Source of the DNA: Octopus bimaculoides
Lineage: Eukaryota
Direction: 5' to 3'
DNA length: 63,615 nucleotides
NCBI RefSeq assembly: GCF_001194135.2
Contig: NC_068993.1
Coordinates: 63,926,319-63,989,933, forward strand
The position numbers and the translations under genes are program-made. How positions within the stretch are numbered: position 1 is the stretch's first letter; every line of letters starts with the position of its first letter. Below, one piece after another: positions 13,982 through 27,237 of the stretch. The notes under the pieces are model-generated. The model worked only from the letters and a program-made list of their open reading frames with translations. It had not been told where the DNA came from and did not search any database.

Positions 13982-14910
13982 GTTTGAATAGCTTCCTTGG
14001 TCATATTGGCGATATGAGGGCTGGCGTTATCGTGCAGCAGAAGAACTCCATGCTGACGATTAGGTCTTTTCTCTTGAATAGCCGTGTTGAGTTGTTCCAT
14101 CTGTTGAACATCGAGTTCCGAGTTGACCGTTTGGTTCCGTTCAAGCAATACGTAATGGATAATCCCTTCCCAGTCCCACCATTCACACAACATCGTTTTA
14201 CGCGGATGAAGATATTGGACGGTCAGAACGAGGTGCGCCTTTGAAGTCAAAATCTCATTTTTGAACTTGGCATACCAATCACAAGCGGTTCTTTCAGGTA
14301 TGGCACTCTCTCCATACACAGCACAAATGTCACGAACAGCTTTTGCGGACTTCCGAGACCCCCTTCGGTCACGAATGACCATGATATTGCACATAGAAAG
14401 TTACCCTCCGAGGCACAAGTCCGGTCTAGGTTGTTTATGGGAAACCAGCAGTCGTCCATACATACCAGCCTTCCCTCTCTACGCCACCGATGTTATCCAA
14501 GGGAAAGGCAAAGGTCGATACAGCTTGGCACCAGTAACGTCGCAACTCATTTCTACAGCTGAGTGAACTGGAGCAACGTGAAATAAAGTATGTTACTCAA
14601 GAGCACAACAAGCAGCCCGGTCCGGGATTCGAACTCACAACCTGACGGCCGTAAGTTCGGCGCTCTAACCACTGAGCCACGTGGCCTTAGGACCTCGATT
14701 AAAAGCAAAAGTAGGAGATGTTGAAAATGCTTTTTTCTTAACTTGACATTCCATTTTAATGATCTGAAAATAAACAAAAAATAACTAAAATTAACTAGAG
14801 AAAAATATTTGATTCCCAAATTATTCAAAAATAAAATTCTCGAAAAGAAAAGAATAGATTCCAAAAAAAAAAAACAAAAAAAAACGGCGGGAACTTAGTT
14901 GCCAACCCAA
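13982..14910 (-). mobile_element. Internally deleted mariner element interrupted by a SINE
   Basis: TA plus TIR TTGGGTTGGCAACTAAGTTCCCGCCGTTTT at 14912-14881; start MECQVKK...FAFNRG, then after the SINE AKAVRDICAVYGES...WYAKFK, WWDWEGIIHY, LLLHDNASPHIANMTKEAIQT; 3' end missing. Confidence 0.92.
14357..14686 (-). mobile_element. Full-length tRNA-derived SINE (family C)
   Basis: Pol III A-box TGGCTCAGTGGTTAGAGC and B-box GAGTTCGAATCCC at the head, then a non-tRNA body (TTTATTTCACGTTGCTCCAGTTCACTCAGCTGTAGAAATGAG); splits the mariner ORF. Confidence 0.9.
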
Positions 14911-15719
14911 TATATATATAGGTAGACAAAAATGAAAATTAGCACAAGGATCATGAAATATAATTTATTGGAAGCCATGAAAATTATTTGGGTTGTGAAT
15001 AGAAATTCCTAAGTAGTGTTAAAATTGTGAGAACATTAAGTGTTGCAAGGCATCTGTAAAATCGAAATCACTGTCTTAGGAATTCTACCAGGGATTATTA
15101 ATTCATGCCTCATTCAGTCATTTGTCCTTCACCTCTTCATTGTGCTCTGCACTTATTCATTCATTCCTTCCTTTCTTCCTTCCTTTCTTCCTTCATTCGT
15201 TCATTTATTCAATCATTCATTCATTGAGCCATTCATATGAAGTCTCTTTTGGTTGGTGTGTAGTCGAATCACTTAGACGCGCTAAATATCAGATGTTTCT
15301 GCATAACCCATTATAGGTTGACTAGAGTTCAGTTACTGGAAGCTAATGAAACACTTGGTAATTATATAAAGCTCCTGCTGATGGTAGCATATGATTTGTA
15401 TTGACACGTGGCACTAGGTGACAACCACATGAATAAATAAGGAGGCTACTCCGTTACATCTTGACCTGCTTGAAATAGAAACCAAATAACCATTTCCATT
15501 ACAAACATTATACCGTTGTTTAAAAAAGGTTGTATTTAATTATACTTTGTTTAATGGGGTTACGCAACAATATACAATTTACACCATGTCTGAAAAAGTG
15601 ATGGGAGAATCACGGAGAAACTTTTTTTGCCATACTTCTGTACAATCAACAACTATGTATTAATCAGAATGCAGTTTCAAACTGCTTTTGTTAGAACTCA
15701 GTTCTAAGGTAAAATATAC

Positions 15720-16122
15720 TCCGAAAGGTATTAAAGGCATCGTGAAATGTTCCGCGCCATGTTTTTTTACTTGACTCAATGAATCAACTTGATCGTCATC
15801 ACGTAACATAGAAATAAAAATCAGTTATTTGAAAATGACAGAATTCGTAACATAAAAGGAATTTTGAAACATTAGCCTTAAATATTGCTCTTGATGTTAC
15901 AACAGAATTGTCCAAACAAATTCCTGGCTTCAAATCATTTTGTAATCTACCCCTATAACAATTTCTTAAACATTTATTACTGGTTCCAAATGTCAAGAAA
16001 CGCGTGTCTATATATAACGAGAAGAGAAGAGTGGATCTAGACAGCTTTGATAAACGTTGGCTTGCTCTGTGATGATACTTCCTAATTTTCTTTTAAAAAT
16101 GCAAAGAACGAAAGCATAATAT
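15720..16122. repeat. Right arm of 403-bp inverted duplication
   Basis: Reverse complement of 13534-13936. Confidence 0.97.
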
Positions 16123-16544
16123 CTTATGCAATAACATCACCACTCTAAAACATGCACAGAATGGTGTGCTTATAGAAAGCTTGCCCTGACAAAATGACAA
16201 AATGGTGTTTGTACGAATCTTCAAATTCGGCGACCATGAAAGAAGAAAAATAAGAAATTATGTAGAAACGCTTAATGTGAAAGAAATTCTTAAAAATGTA
16301 GTTTTACGAAAATAAATGAACGTCCTAATTTTCTTAAAATATCAGTTTCCACAAAATTTTATCTATTTTGTCATTTTCTTGGTGAAGATGAGCAGCCCTG
16401 TGATTAAAAGCGTTCCCAACCGTAATCATTCAGCCTTCTCAATATCTTCTGTATATTTCAGAATAATTTATCTTTATAATGACAACGCTGGCAGATCCTG
16501 TTATATGACCTTTTAAGCTCTCTGAAAACAAAGTAGGACCGCTA

Positions 16545-16740
16545 TTGCTTTCAAATTTTGCCACAAGGCCAGCAATTTAGTGGAGAGGGGTTAAGTCGAT
16601 TACATCGACCCCAATGCTCAACTGATTCTTTATCAATCCCGAAAGAATGAAAAGCTAAGTCGACCGCGGCCGGATTGGAACTCAGTATGTAGACAGGCGA
16701 AATGCCACTAAGTATTTTGCTCGGCGATTCTGCTAGCGAC
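16545..16740 (-). mobile_element. tRNA-derived SINE (family B)
   Basis: AAGTCGATTACATCGACCCC...AAGTCGACC...GAACTCAG...CGAAATGCCACTAAG, shared with about 10 other copies in the window. Confidence 0.85.
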
Positions 16741-18399
16741 TACTATTGTCATTCCATATCTTCAAGTTCGGATTCTTGCCATACATTTCCTATCGATAAT
16801 GAAGAATTACTTTTCAGCGTCTTCATAATTTCGATATGATGAGAAAACCGCCATGAATCATTGGAACCTACAAGAAATAACAGCCGAATCTACGTCAAGT
16901 CATAAATATGTGTTAGAGGAATGCAATGAGTTTATATTGTCTGAAAATGAGAAATAAAAACTGGTATATCTGGAATATCATTGATAGTCAGTGCTAAAAA
17001 ATGATCTGGTGTTAAACATGTCAAAATAGTAAAAAAATAATAATAAAAGAAAAAACGTTTATCATTTGCGTCAAACTTCAAGTTTATCTTTTTTAATCAA
17101 CTATTATTTATAAAGGGGGTTGTGGTGTAGAATAAGATAAATTATAAATGGAATTTGTCTTTATCTTTTAATGTGATGGTAATGTAGTGATTGTAATATT
17201 TTTAAGTGAACTAGGTCATCTCTATTGTATTTCGAGTGTATTGTTTGATAACCTAAAGTGTTTCGTGTCTTCTAATTAAATATTTGTAGCTATTAATATA
17301 CTGAATTTTCTTATGAGGTACATATTGTATCCGTTACCACTGTTTGGTTTTATTACTGTTTAGTATTTTCATTGGTTTATGGTTTATAAATTCTTCTTCT
17401 TTTGAGTTTTCAGATTTACTAGGACAGCGATGTAGAGTTAATTCTGGCTTTGGATGTGAAGGCGGATAATCCCTGTGTATATTGTATTTTGAAAATATGC
17501 TCATCTGGTCTTAGGTGAGTCATTTTCCTAAAACCTCATACACCGTACATTCATACATTCATGTTCGATAGAATTAAGTAGTTTAGAAATTCTAGAAGCA
17601 CATAAATATCACTCTCAATTAAGATAATGTGATGCCGGAATGATTAGCTAACCGCTCCCACACTGATTTTAGGCTTGAATTAACCAAATTTAGCAAGCCA
17701 CTAAGTAGCATATTAAAATAATTTAATCTGAGGAACCAAAAGATATCGTAAATTTCCTAGAAAGCATACTAGAACGAAGCAAAAACAAATATCACCTTTA
17801 CACAAATTGAATAAATTTTCTGAAAGGGAGATATACAAATCTAACTGTAGTGTGAGATATCATTAGCAAGAACCAGTTTTATTGAATAACTGAAGTACAC
17901 GGCACCTACGCGTGACTCTGGGGGATAGATATTATCTGGAACAATTATTCATACATAAAGATATCTTCGACTACTTCAATGAACTTCCGGTCGCTGCTAG
18001 GCATAAACATCCCAATAAAAATGCACGCACACATATAGAATACTTAACACACGTAACAAAAGTACTAAAAGAATAGAGAGTCAATATGAAACATATACAG
18101 CACATATACAGGCGTAATTATTTATCCTGCTCATTGACATAGATATTAAGTCCTTTTAACATCATATACTTTTGAACTTAACCGACAAGATTAAAAAATC
18201 CTACCCTGAAAGTAATAATAGTTTCTTGATTAACCAGTAAGGGTTTACGAACAGATCAAGGACGTTCAAGTCGTGTAAACAGTGAAAAATAATGAAAACA
18301 AAGAAACAAACGAATTACAACTGAGAAAATTTCTTAAAAGAAAGATGACTTCGGCGGGCCGCTGATGGAAACTACATCATCAGCGTTATTTCAACCACT

Positions 18400-18800
18400 A
18401 GGACAAGTTCTATCTTTCTATCCTCCTCACATAATCTACACGTGCATGCTCAGAGCTCACTCACCTTTCACCCATTTTATAGGACTTAACAGACTGGAAC
18501 GTCTGCTCTTTCGCTTTCTACGTTCCATTGTAATAGCTTCTCATTTGCCATCAACATCCACCGAGTGGAAGATAATGTGGACAATGATGTGCAGATAGGC
18601 TCTGCATCTGAAACGCTTCCTCCGGCTTTTGCTTTACGTTGGGCATCTGTGGTCGCTGTTTGTTAGGCTTCCTTTTCCACAGCTCATATCTTTACTTGTT
18701 CTATAGCTCTAAGTCAAGCTAAAACCAGAAGAGGGCATATATCATCTAGAATAGAGCTCGGTGATCACAGCCCTCTTCAAGTCGGACAATGCGATCGGTT
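18400..18800 (-). mobile_element. Possible decayed REL-type (R2/NeSL-like) LINE C-terminal fragment
   Basis: Minus-strand KAKAGG...LSSTRWML...LLQWNV...CRLCEE resembles the region before the CCHC finger; weak. Confidence 0.25.
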
Positions 18801-19916
18801 GAAAAGCTAATTACTTGTTCATTATGATAGCGAGTCGACATGCTAAGGACACGAAACATGTCCATTGTTTTCTATATCAAAGGTAAAACATTTTTCGAGC
18901 GAAGGTGATGATAGTAGCATTCAAAGGAAACATGATCTTGCGTTAAAATATAAAACATCAGTTAAGTGCAGTACACGTTCATCTAACTTATACTTTTTAA
19001 CACATGCGCATACATAAATGTGCATACATACATGTGCATACACACACACTCACGCACACATACATTTGCACATAAATACATATAAAATATATTATACACA
19101 CAAACATGTATATGTATGTATGTTTAAAAATACTAATCAACAAATTAATTATTTAGAGTATACTGTGATTAAGAATATAAATCTCACTCACCCACGTCTC
19201 TCCCTCACATTCATCCCTTTATCTCTCTCTCTCTCTCCTTATATATATATGTGTATGTCTGCGTGTGTACATATATATTTATATATGTGTGTATGTACAT
19301 ATATTTGTACAGTAAAGATGCATACCGGCAAATATATATTTACATTATAAACATATAGAATTAAACACACACGCTCTCATTCTTTCTCTCTCATACACAC
19401 ACACACATGCACATGCACGCGCGTGCACATATACACACACACGCACTCACACCATAAACTCCACCCGCACAACTACACAAACACACACGCACAAATATAT
19501 ATGACTTGACGTACCAAAAAAAAAAATGTAACTAGCATTCTGAAATGTACGGCGGAAAATATAATTCTCATCTTTTCATAGTGTCAAAATCATTTTGCCA
19601 ATGCCATTTTAAAAGCATTCTCTTTCTTACTTTGAATCTTTCTCCATTTTATCAATGTAATATATGTATTATTTTTGTTGTTGAAGTCTTGCAATATCCG
19701 TTAATGATTTATGTCACTTTCAGATAAAAAAAACAAAAGTTTTGCTGTTCTCTTGTCTGAGGCCGACTCTTCATGGTAATATTTTTTTGGTGCATTCAGA
19801 GACATATTTATTAATATTTTATTCAAATATATGCATATATATATATATATGTGTCTGTGTGTGTGTGCGTATATATATGTGTGTGTGTGTGTGTGCGTGT
19901 GCATATCTTTGCGTGT

Positions 19917-19960
<44 letters not shown>

Positions 19961-20192
19961 ATGCGTGTGTACATCTATGTTATATCTGTAACGATGTGTC
20001 TAACAAAGTAGGTATTTTGTTGGAAACATTGTGTTGGACGAAACACTTTGAAACTTTAACTTCGCACATTTAGTTGTTTATTCTAAGTGGCCGAACCATA
20101 TAATTGGCAACATACACAAATAGATGAGTATACATTCAGACACACATATGCACGCAGACAAACTGATACACATCCAGGGACACACATACACT

Positions 20193-20233
<41 letters not shown>

Positions 20234-20584
20234 TATTCTTGAAAAAGAATTGTATTGACAGTGATAAAGTTCCGTCCATCACAGCCATCTAATGATGGAT
20301 CAGCTGGTTGACACTCGACACTATTTTTGTTAAAGAAAAATAAATTCGTGCTCTACCAAATGTTTTGACTAATCCTTCAATTTAACGAAAGTCTGTTGTT
20401 ATTGTGCCAATATGGTATTTATATATTACGGAAATGTACTTGTATACGAATTAATGTAGACTTACCTTGCATTCAATATTTCGGGGTTATGACCCATTTT
20501 CAAGAAACTGACGAATGTTGCTGATGATGAACAGAACTTATGGGATGACCTGATTGTTACAATATACGTACATACATATATATG

Positions 20585-20975
20585 CATATATGCATCAATG
20601 TACTTTCCCTGATTATCTATGACTTCCTTCCATCTATTTACAAGCTTTTTAATCTCATCAATGTAAAACTCTTTTGGTTTCAAAGCGAAGAACTCTGAAA
20701 TATCAGTTTCCACCTCCTCCTGGCGTCCAGAAGTTATGTCCCCCAAATGATTCTGTAAACTACGGAACAAATGGTAGTCTGAAGGAGCAAGGTCGGGAGA
20801 ATAAGGTGGATAAGGAATTTTCTCCCAACCAAGTTTTTCAATCTTCTGTGATGTGATCTTTGCAGTGTGGGGTCACGCATTGTCCTGATCAAACATCACT
20901 CCTTTTCGATTCACTAAAGCGGGTATATTTTTCTTCAAAGCTTGGTTCAAACGTTCTAATTGCTGTAATAGGTCT
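20585..20975 (-). mobile_element. Mariner transposase C-terminal fragment
   Basis: QLERLNQALK...VMFDQDNA*PHTAKITSQKIEKLGWEKIPYPPYSPDLAPSDYHLFRSLQNHL...RWKEVIDNQGKYIDA; premature stop in the HDNARPH motif. Confidence 0.95.
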
Positions 20976-21893
20976 AAAATAATTCAGTAGATTTGCTTCT
21001 ATTTTCAGCTAAAGCCGTTTCCTTTTAGTAATACTTTAAAGAAAGGCATACATATCACATCATCGAAATTTCCTTGACGCAAAAAAGTATAATATTGATA
21101 TATTGATATATACTCAAGATAAAATGTCGAAATGTCTTCCAGCTGTGGATTGACATTGTCAACTAAGATTTTCGACCATATTTTCGAAGCCTGGCATCTG
21201 TCTATCTTACTCGCACTTTTTCTCTGATTCTGCATAATCCAGTCTCACTTTTTGTGTTGAATATTGACTTCTAACATTGACATTAAGTAAAATAAAATCT
21301 AAGATAAACATATAATCCATTACCATTGACTTCAGAGCTTAAATATTACATTTTGTAAAAACGCAGGAAGAGCGAATGATAAAGTCGGCCACGTCACCAC
21401 TTTATATTAGCCTCTTGCAATTTAGTTTCCCAGAGGACAAAAATACTGTTCCAAACGTTCCCATCCCACTTTGATAGTGTTTAGTTATAAATGTATAAAA
21501 TTTTATATGGTAAAACTGGTGGATAAGAAGAAAAGTTAGTTGAGGATATAATTGTGAGTGAGAAATAAGAAAATTACAAAACGAATTTATTTTGTTTAGT
21601 CAAGATGGACAGGTTGTGTTTATGACTTTGGGCACCCAACAAATGTGCTAAAGTTAAAATTTTTGTTGAATTTTAGGATCTGTACGTCGAATTCTGCAAG
21701 AACTGATTTGGTGGATCATGTCTTTCTTTATACCACAACAGCTTTCCCATCAGTTCTAATTACTTAAGAGGAAGGATAATAACATCGATCGCACTAATCA
21801 CAGACGGCCTGAGAAGGCTATGGACACAACCACTTCTGCCAGATTAATCTAATAAACACACAAACACACGTTTGTATGTAATTACATACATAC

Positions 21894-21937
<44 letters not shown>

Positions 21938-22055
21938 ATATCTTCCTAAACGCACAGAAACCTAGATAAATGCAATTAATATATATTATACAGGTTATTG
22001 ATATTATAAAATATACTCACATATACAATCATATCTAATGTACGCCTGCATGTCA

Positions 22056-22094
<39 letters not shown>

Positions 22095-23229
22095 CGTGCG
22101 TATGTGTGTGCGAGTGAGTATATGTCTGGCTGTGTGTAAGTGGATGTGAGTCAACTGTGTAAGATAGTTGTTTTTGACAGTTTGACAGTTAGAGAATTTA
22201 GTAGGAATTGTGATCTCCGGAAGTATGTGATCACTTGAGTAGAAAGAGATCAGTATAGAATTGTTGTTGGAAATGTTGTGCAATGACAATGTCTCCAGTC
22301 TCGTGCTTAATAGAATACTTCAGACTCTTTTGTAGTTACCAATTATTTATTCTTTTGAGAAAGTATTTGATTGATTCACAATGAAACCTACCTGTTTTCT
22401 ATTTATATAACCTTACTCTGTGCCAGTTGAGTCGGTGCAATCTGTAGAAGAGATTATTCATTTATCTTTATCAAATATCTACGCAATAAAGTAATCTTAT
22501 TTCACCATATATGCTAGTTTCATACATAAAAAGGCAAAATCGCATCAGTTTCAATAAATGTTTCCGTCCCAAAACATTAAAACGTTTCTCAACAGTGAAC
22601 ACGCTCATCACAGGGAACAAACTATTCTTTAGCCCTCCTCTATACATATATATTTCATAGAAAAGTTTGGAAATCTCAATTAGGTCTTGAATTCCTTAGA
22701 AAAATCAATGTATTTGCCAATGAGACAAACAGATATCAAAAAGTGCCAATACCGATAATGAAAAAGTAAAGGATTAATGCTATGGAAAACTAAGATGCGA
22801 CGAAATTTGAGTGATTAAAAATTTTGTTTATAATATTTGAAATTAATTCAAGATGGTGGTTTGGGAAAATCGTTAGCACGTCAGACAAAATGCTCAGTGG
22901 CATTTCGTTCGAATGTACGTTTTGAGTTGAAATTCATCTGCGGTTGTGATTTGATAACAAATGTGCTTGAGATTGACAATAGTTGTGCTTGATAGTAATT
23001 GTACTTGAGATTGAATCTACAAGCACGAGGGGGAATGTAATCAAAGAAGAAGTAGAGTGTAACTTATTTAGTGTACTGACATTACCACTGTGACTTCAGA
23101 GTATAATGCAAGGGTTACCTATCAAGTAATAAGCATCAGTAATATAAAATATATTTATATCATATCTATGTGCGTTTTTAATGATATTGCAAATGTTATA
23201 TGATTCACTACAACCGCGCATAAATTTTG

Positions 23230-23740
23230 CACCCTTTCGAATAGAAATAACAGTATCTAGCCAATTTTGTCTATCTTGGGCTCGTGCAACAGGAATGTTC
23301 TACACTTATTCTCTACTTCTATGGCTACATTCTGGTTCTGATTCTGATGTACGTTTGATATGGCCGCCAGGACAATCGATCTTGCGAGGTGAATTGTAAA
23401 TAATTTTAACGACAATGTTATGTCTCCAGGGAAGATAATGCATATCGGATATTCTTAAACATCTGCTGATGATGTGAGTGATAATTGTGTGTTGCTCTAG
23501 CGACATTTTCCGCCACAGGAATGAAACATTTAGGCATCCTTATCTATGTTGTTCATTAGATAACTTGTGGAATTTTTTGTTTCTGGATAGCAAAGTCTTA
23601 GCCTTCTGCAAGAAATGTAATGTAGGTATCACCTGTATGCAGGAGCAATGACTTTTCCTGTAATCGTTATTTCCTTTCTGTAGCAGGAACATTATGTAAC
23701 CATGCATAAACTTCTACTGATATTAAGTGTTCTGTCCTCT
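23230..23740 (-). mobile_element. R4/Dong-like (REL endonuclease class) non-LTR retrotransposon fragment
   Basis: KFMHG...ITHIISRCLRISDMHYLPWRHNIVVKIIYN matches the decayed CCHC finger plus RH(D/N) motif that precedes the restriction-like endonuclease. Confidence 0.65.
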
Positions 23741-23789
23741 AGGTTTATTTAATTTTATTCATGCATATGGATTTTGTCCCTAATATTAT

Positions 23790-24034
23790 TATAATTTTCT
23801 AATTTATAATTAACGTTTGTTGTTTGTATTTAACTTTCAATTTTTCGTTGATTATGGAATTTACAGGTAGGATTGAGCCACTGTTTTGGAATTCATATTT
23901 GAAGGATATCCCCATCCCATCTAGAAAGGAATATATTTTGAAACTTATTGTGCTTTTAATTATTAATTTTTCTATATGTGATAGTGGATTTTCATCGATG
24001 AGTTCTTCAAACTTGGTTATTTTCCCTAAAACTA

Positions 24035-24040
<6 letters not shown>
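23790..24040 (-). mobile_element. Possible Penelope-like RT N-terminal remnant
   Basis: ITKFEELIDENPLSHIEK...QNSGSILP...KLKVK resembles PLE KFxxLxxNP...PSGSxP...PKVHK. Confidence 0.3.
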
Positions 24041-24109
<69 letters not shown>

Positions 24110-24439
24110 GGAAGAAACATTACCAATGAGAATTCTCATTGGTAATGTTTATATACATGAACGTAATTGTTTTCCAATGTAGATTGCACTTCATATTCGA
24201 GAGTCTGCTGTAACTATAAGGTTTCGACTATGAGTCCACTGCAAATTAAAGCAGAAATAGTACTAAGCTTTTATCATCTCATTTTCTTATTACCGCTCTA
24301 TACTTGCAATAAATGTAGAGTGCGTACTGAATAAATCGGCTGAAGGAGATAACTTCCTAGTGTTAAAACAAGACTATCATCATTCCCTAGAGAACACTCA
24401 CGTTTAAGTGGCGATAAACATTACCTTTAGATATGTATA

Positions 24440-24640
24440 TATATAGGGAGAATTCACAAAAAATAAACAAAAGACGAAGACAGGTGGTGTACACAACAAA
24501 CAGATGATGTATTAGTTTAACGCTCGGGAATTGAAAAAAGTCTTTAACGTTTCGAGCCTACGCTCTTCCACAGAAAGGAACACAGAAAGAAACAAGGATA
24601 GAAAATAAAGAATGTGTAGTGGCTAGTGGTCTATCATAGC
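24440..24640 (-). mobile_element. Penelope-like pLTR with minimal hammerhead motif (one core substitution)
   Basis: Minus strand 24577-24541: CTTT CTGTGGA A GAGC GTAG GCTC GAAAC GTT AAAG. Confidence 0.65.
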
Positions 24641-24671
<31 letters not shown>

Positions 24672-25461
24672 TGTATGTATGTATGCATGCATGTATGTAT
24701 GTATGTATGTATGTATAATTATAAGTATACATATGTAGAGAGAAAAAGAAGAGACGCGTGTATAGTTTTTTCTGTCTGTATTCTTTCACAATCACTCGTT
24801 TCGGTATTCACCTTGTCAACAGTACTTTATCCGCATGTCGAGAACTGTGTCCATTTTACTATCTGTATACGTATTCATGTACATAAATACATGTGTGTGT
24901 GTGAACGCATGCGTTTGTGACTGTTGGCACTTTTACTCATACATCCATGTGAGTATACAAAATTACGAACACACTCATTCAGTTACACGCACAACCATAC
25001 AAACACACGCACACATACACACACGCACGCATGCATACATGTGCGTATAACATGTAACGTGTATAAGCCTGCGGTTATTTATTTGATAACATTTACTGTG
25101 AGCATTGCAAAAGATGTTAAAACATCCTATTGTAAACAGAAAAATTATTGAGAATCTCTTACAGATTTGTTTTAAAGATAATTATTCTTTACCTACCCTT
25201 GAGCTCTTCAATATACATCGCTATATATATATATATAAATATATATATATNNNNNNNNNNNNNNNNNNNNNNNNNNNNNNNNNNNNNNNNNNNNNNNNNN
25301 NNNNNNNNNNNNNNNNNNNNNNNNNNNNNNNNNNNNNNNNNNNNNNNNNNNNNNNNNNNNNNNNNNNNNNNNNNNNNNNNNNNNNNNNNNNNNNNNNNNN
25401 NNNNNNNNNNNNNNNNNNNNNNNNNNNNNNNNNNNNNNNNNNNNNNNNNNNNNNNNNNNNN

Positions 25462-25509
<48 letters not shown>

Positions 25510-27206
25510 CATATATAGATATGGGGAGAGAGAGAGAGAGAGAGAGGCAGACAGACAGACGGAGAGAGAGGGTTGTTGCTTATCAGTATAAAACCAACCT
25601 GATTTGTGTGTTATTCGAAAGTCTGCTGCATTTTAAGAAATACATGTTCTCATGGAACATAGCATGATTCAGTTTGCCTGAGAATTGTCTTCTCTGGATT
25701 TATGTACATTTTAAACTTTATACATACTGACAAAAATAGTAATAGTAAACATTCTATGTAATTCAAATGTTTTTCTAGTGCAACAGAAGACATAGTAGGT
25801 TTATTACCGAATATTTCTATAGAGTACATAGAGAATTGCAGAGAAAATATGGCACCTCTCATATTAACATTTAATCAAGAAGCCACACACATATCCACTC
25901 CACTGTAAAGAGATCGTATCCTCGAGCTCGTTGTCATTAGAATATCTATACTTCTTTCACCTGTATTGGAAATGATTGTATATAAGGTATTGTTATCTCA
26001 GACTAAGATCATTTCACCTGATAATATATAAAGAATTAAATGTGAATTCATTATCAATCATTTTGAACGCCGATGTAAGCGAGGAATAATATTCTTCTGG
26101 CAAGGAAACTCTATATCAAGGTCTAAACAGAAATAATCTTGAGAATCTGGCCAGACATTATAACTCCCAACCAATGCAACTATGGATCGAATAGATGATA
26201 AGGACCGAATTGAGGTTTAGGAGATTTTAAGCTATTTCCAAATAGCAAAAGGGTTACATATATAGAAATACATACACAAGCACATATTTTCACACATACC
26301 TGTTGACGTACATGTATGTGTATAGATCCATAAACACATATACATGCATGACTAAAGACAAACATACACGTACATTTACACGAATTTACACACACACATG
26401 CATTTACACTATTGTATTCATTGCTATACACGCAGTGTTCATATCATAATAAATACATTAAGAGAACACATAGGAAACATATGTCTCTCTTCAACACTAA
26501 AATCGAACATATTGTACTATGGCTGTTCCTTTGAAACGAAAAGTCCGAGCTTACCTCAGTGGATCAGGATCGGTTGAGACATCATTTGATCCATATAAAC
26601 AGCTCACTAACAAGAAACACGGTTTATAAACTTATAATTTTATATAAATGTTTTCCAAAATCATTCTAAAAAAAAGGCCTGTCATAAAAGACATAGTTAT
26701 TCTCCACACATCAAATCATTTCTAAGTTTTCATTTTTTAAAATTTATTATATTTAGTATTTTCAATATCACAATTGTTTTTAATGTTATATTTTCATTTT
26801 TATTTCCATCTTTTAGCTTGTATGTTCTATTTTATATATATATATTATATCATATTATATTAGGTATTTCATTCAATATTTTCTATTTTACTACCACATA
26901 TATATTTTAATATATATTTTAATTCTTTTATGCCTTTACAGCACGGCTCTTTCATGTTTTACTCCATTTCTATTATCCCATATATGATACATTTTATGTT
27001 ATATTATAAATTACATTATATTTTATATGCTACACAATATCTTAAAAATTTAAATTTCATTAAATTCAGCGTATTCATTTCAAATTTAATTCGCATCGAC
27101 GTAGAGAAGACGTGATGTATTTATATCTGTGTAAATATATCGGTGATGGTATTTGAGTGTTTATCTCACTCACTCTCTTTCTCTGATTTTTTTAATATCT
27201 ATTTGA

Positions 27207-27237
<31 letters not shown>

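Noticed and set aside
14615-14686. tRNA gene
   Set aside because: Has A and B boxes, but the anticodon and acceptor stems do not pair and it continues into a SINE body.
15895-15960. Nuclear-receptor-like ELSKQIPGF motif
   Set aside because: Spacing to the DQxxLL signature is wrong, an in-frame stop follows, and no other receptor features are present.
17414-17514. Exon with strong splice sites encoding LLGQRCRVNSGFGCEGG-stop
   Set aside because: All three frames stop inside it, and the opposite strand (HRDYPPS...RIQYVPH) resembles decayed Penelope linker sequence, so the sites are probably fortuitous.
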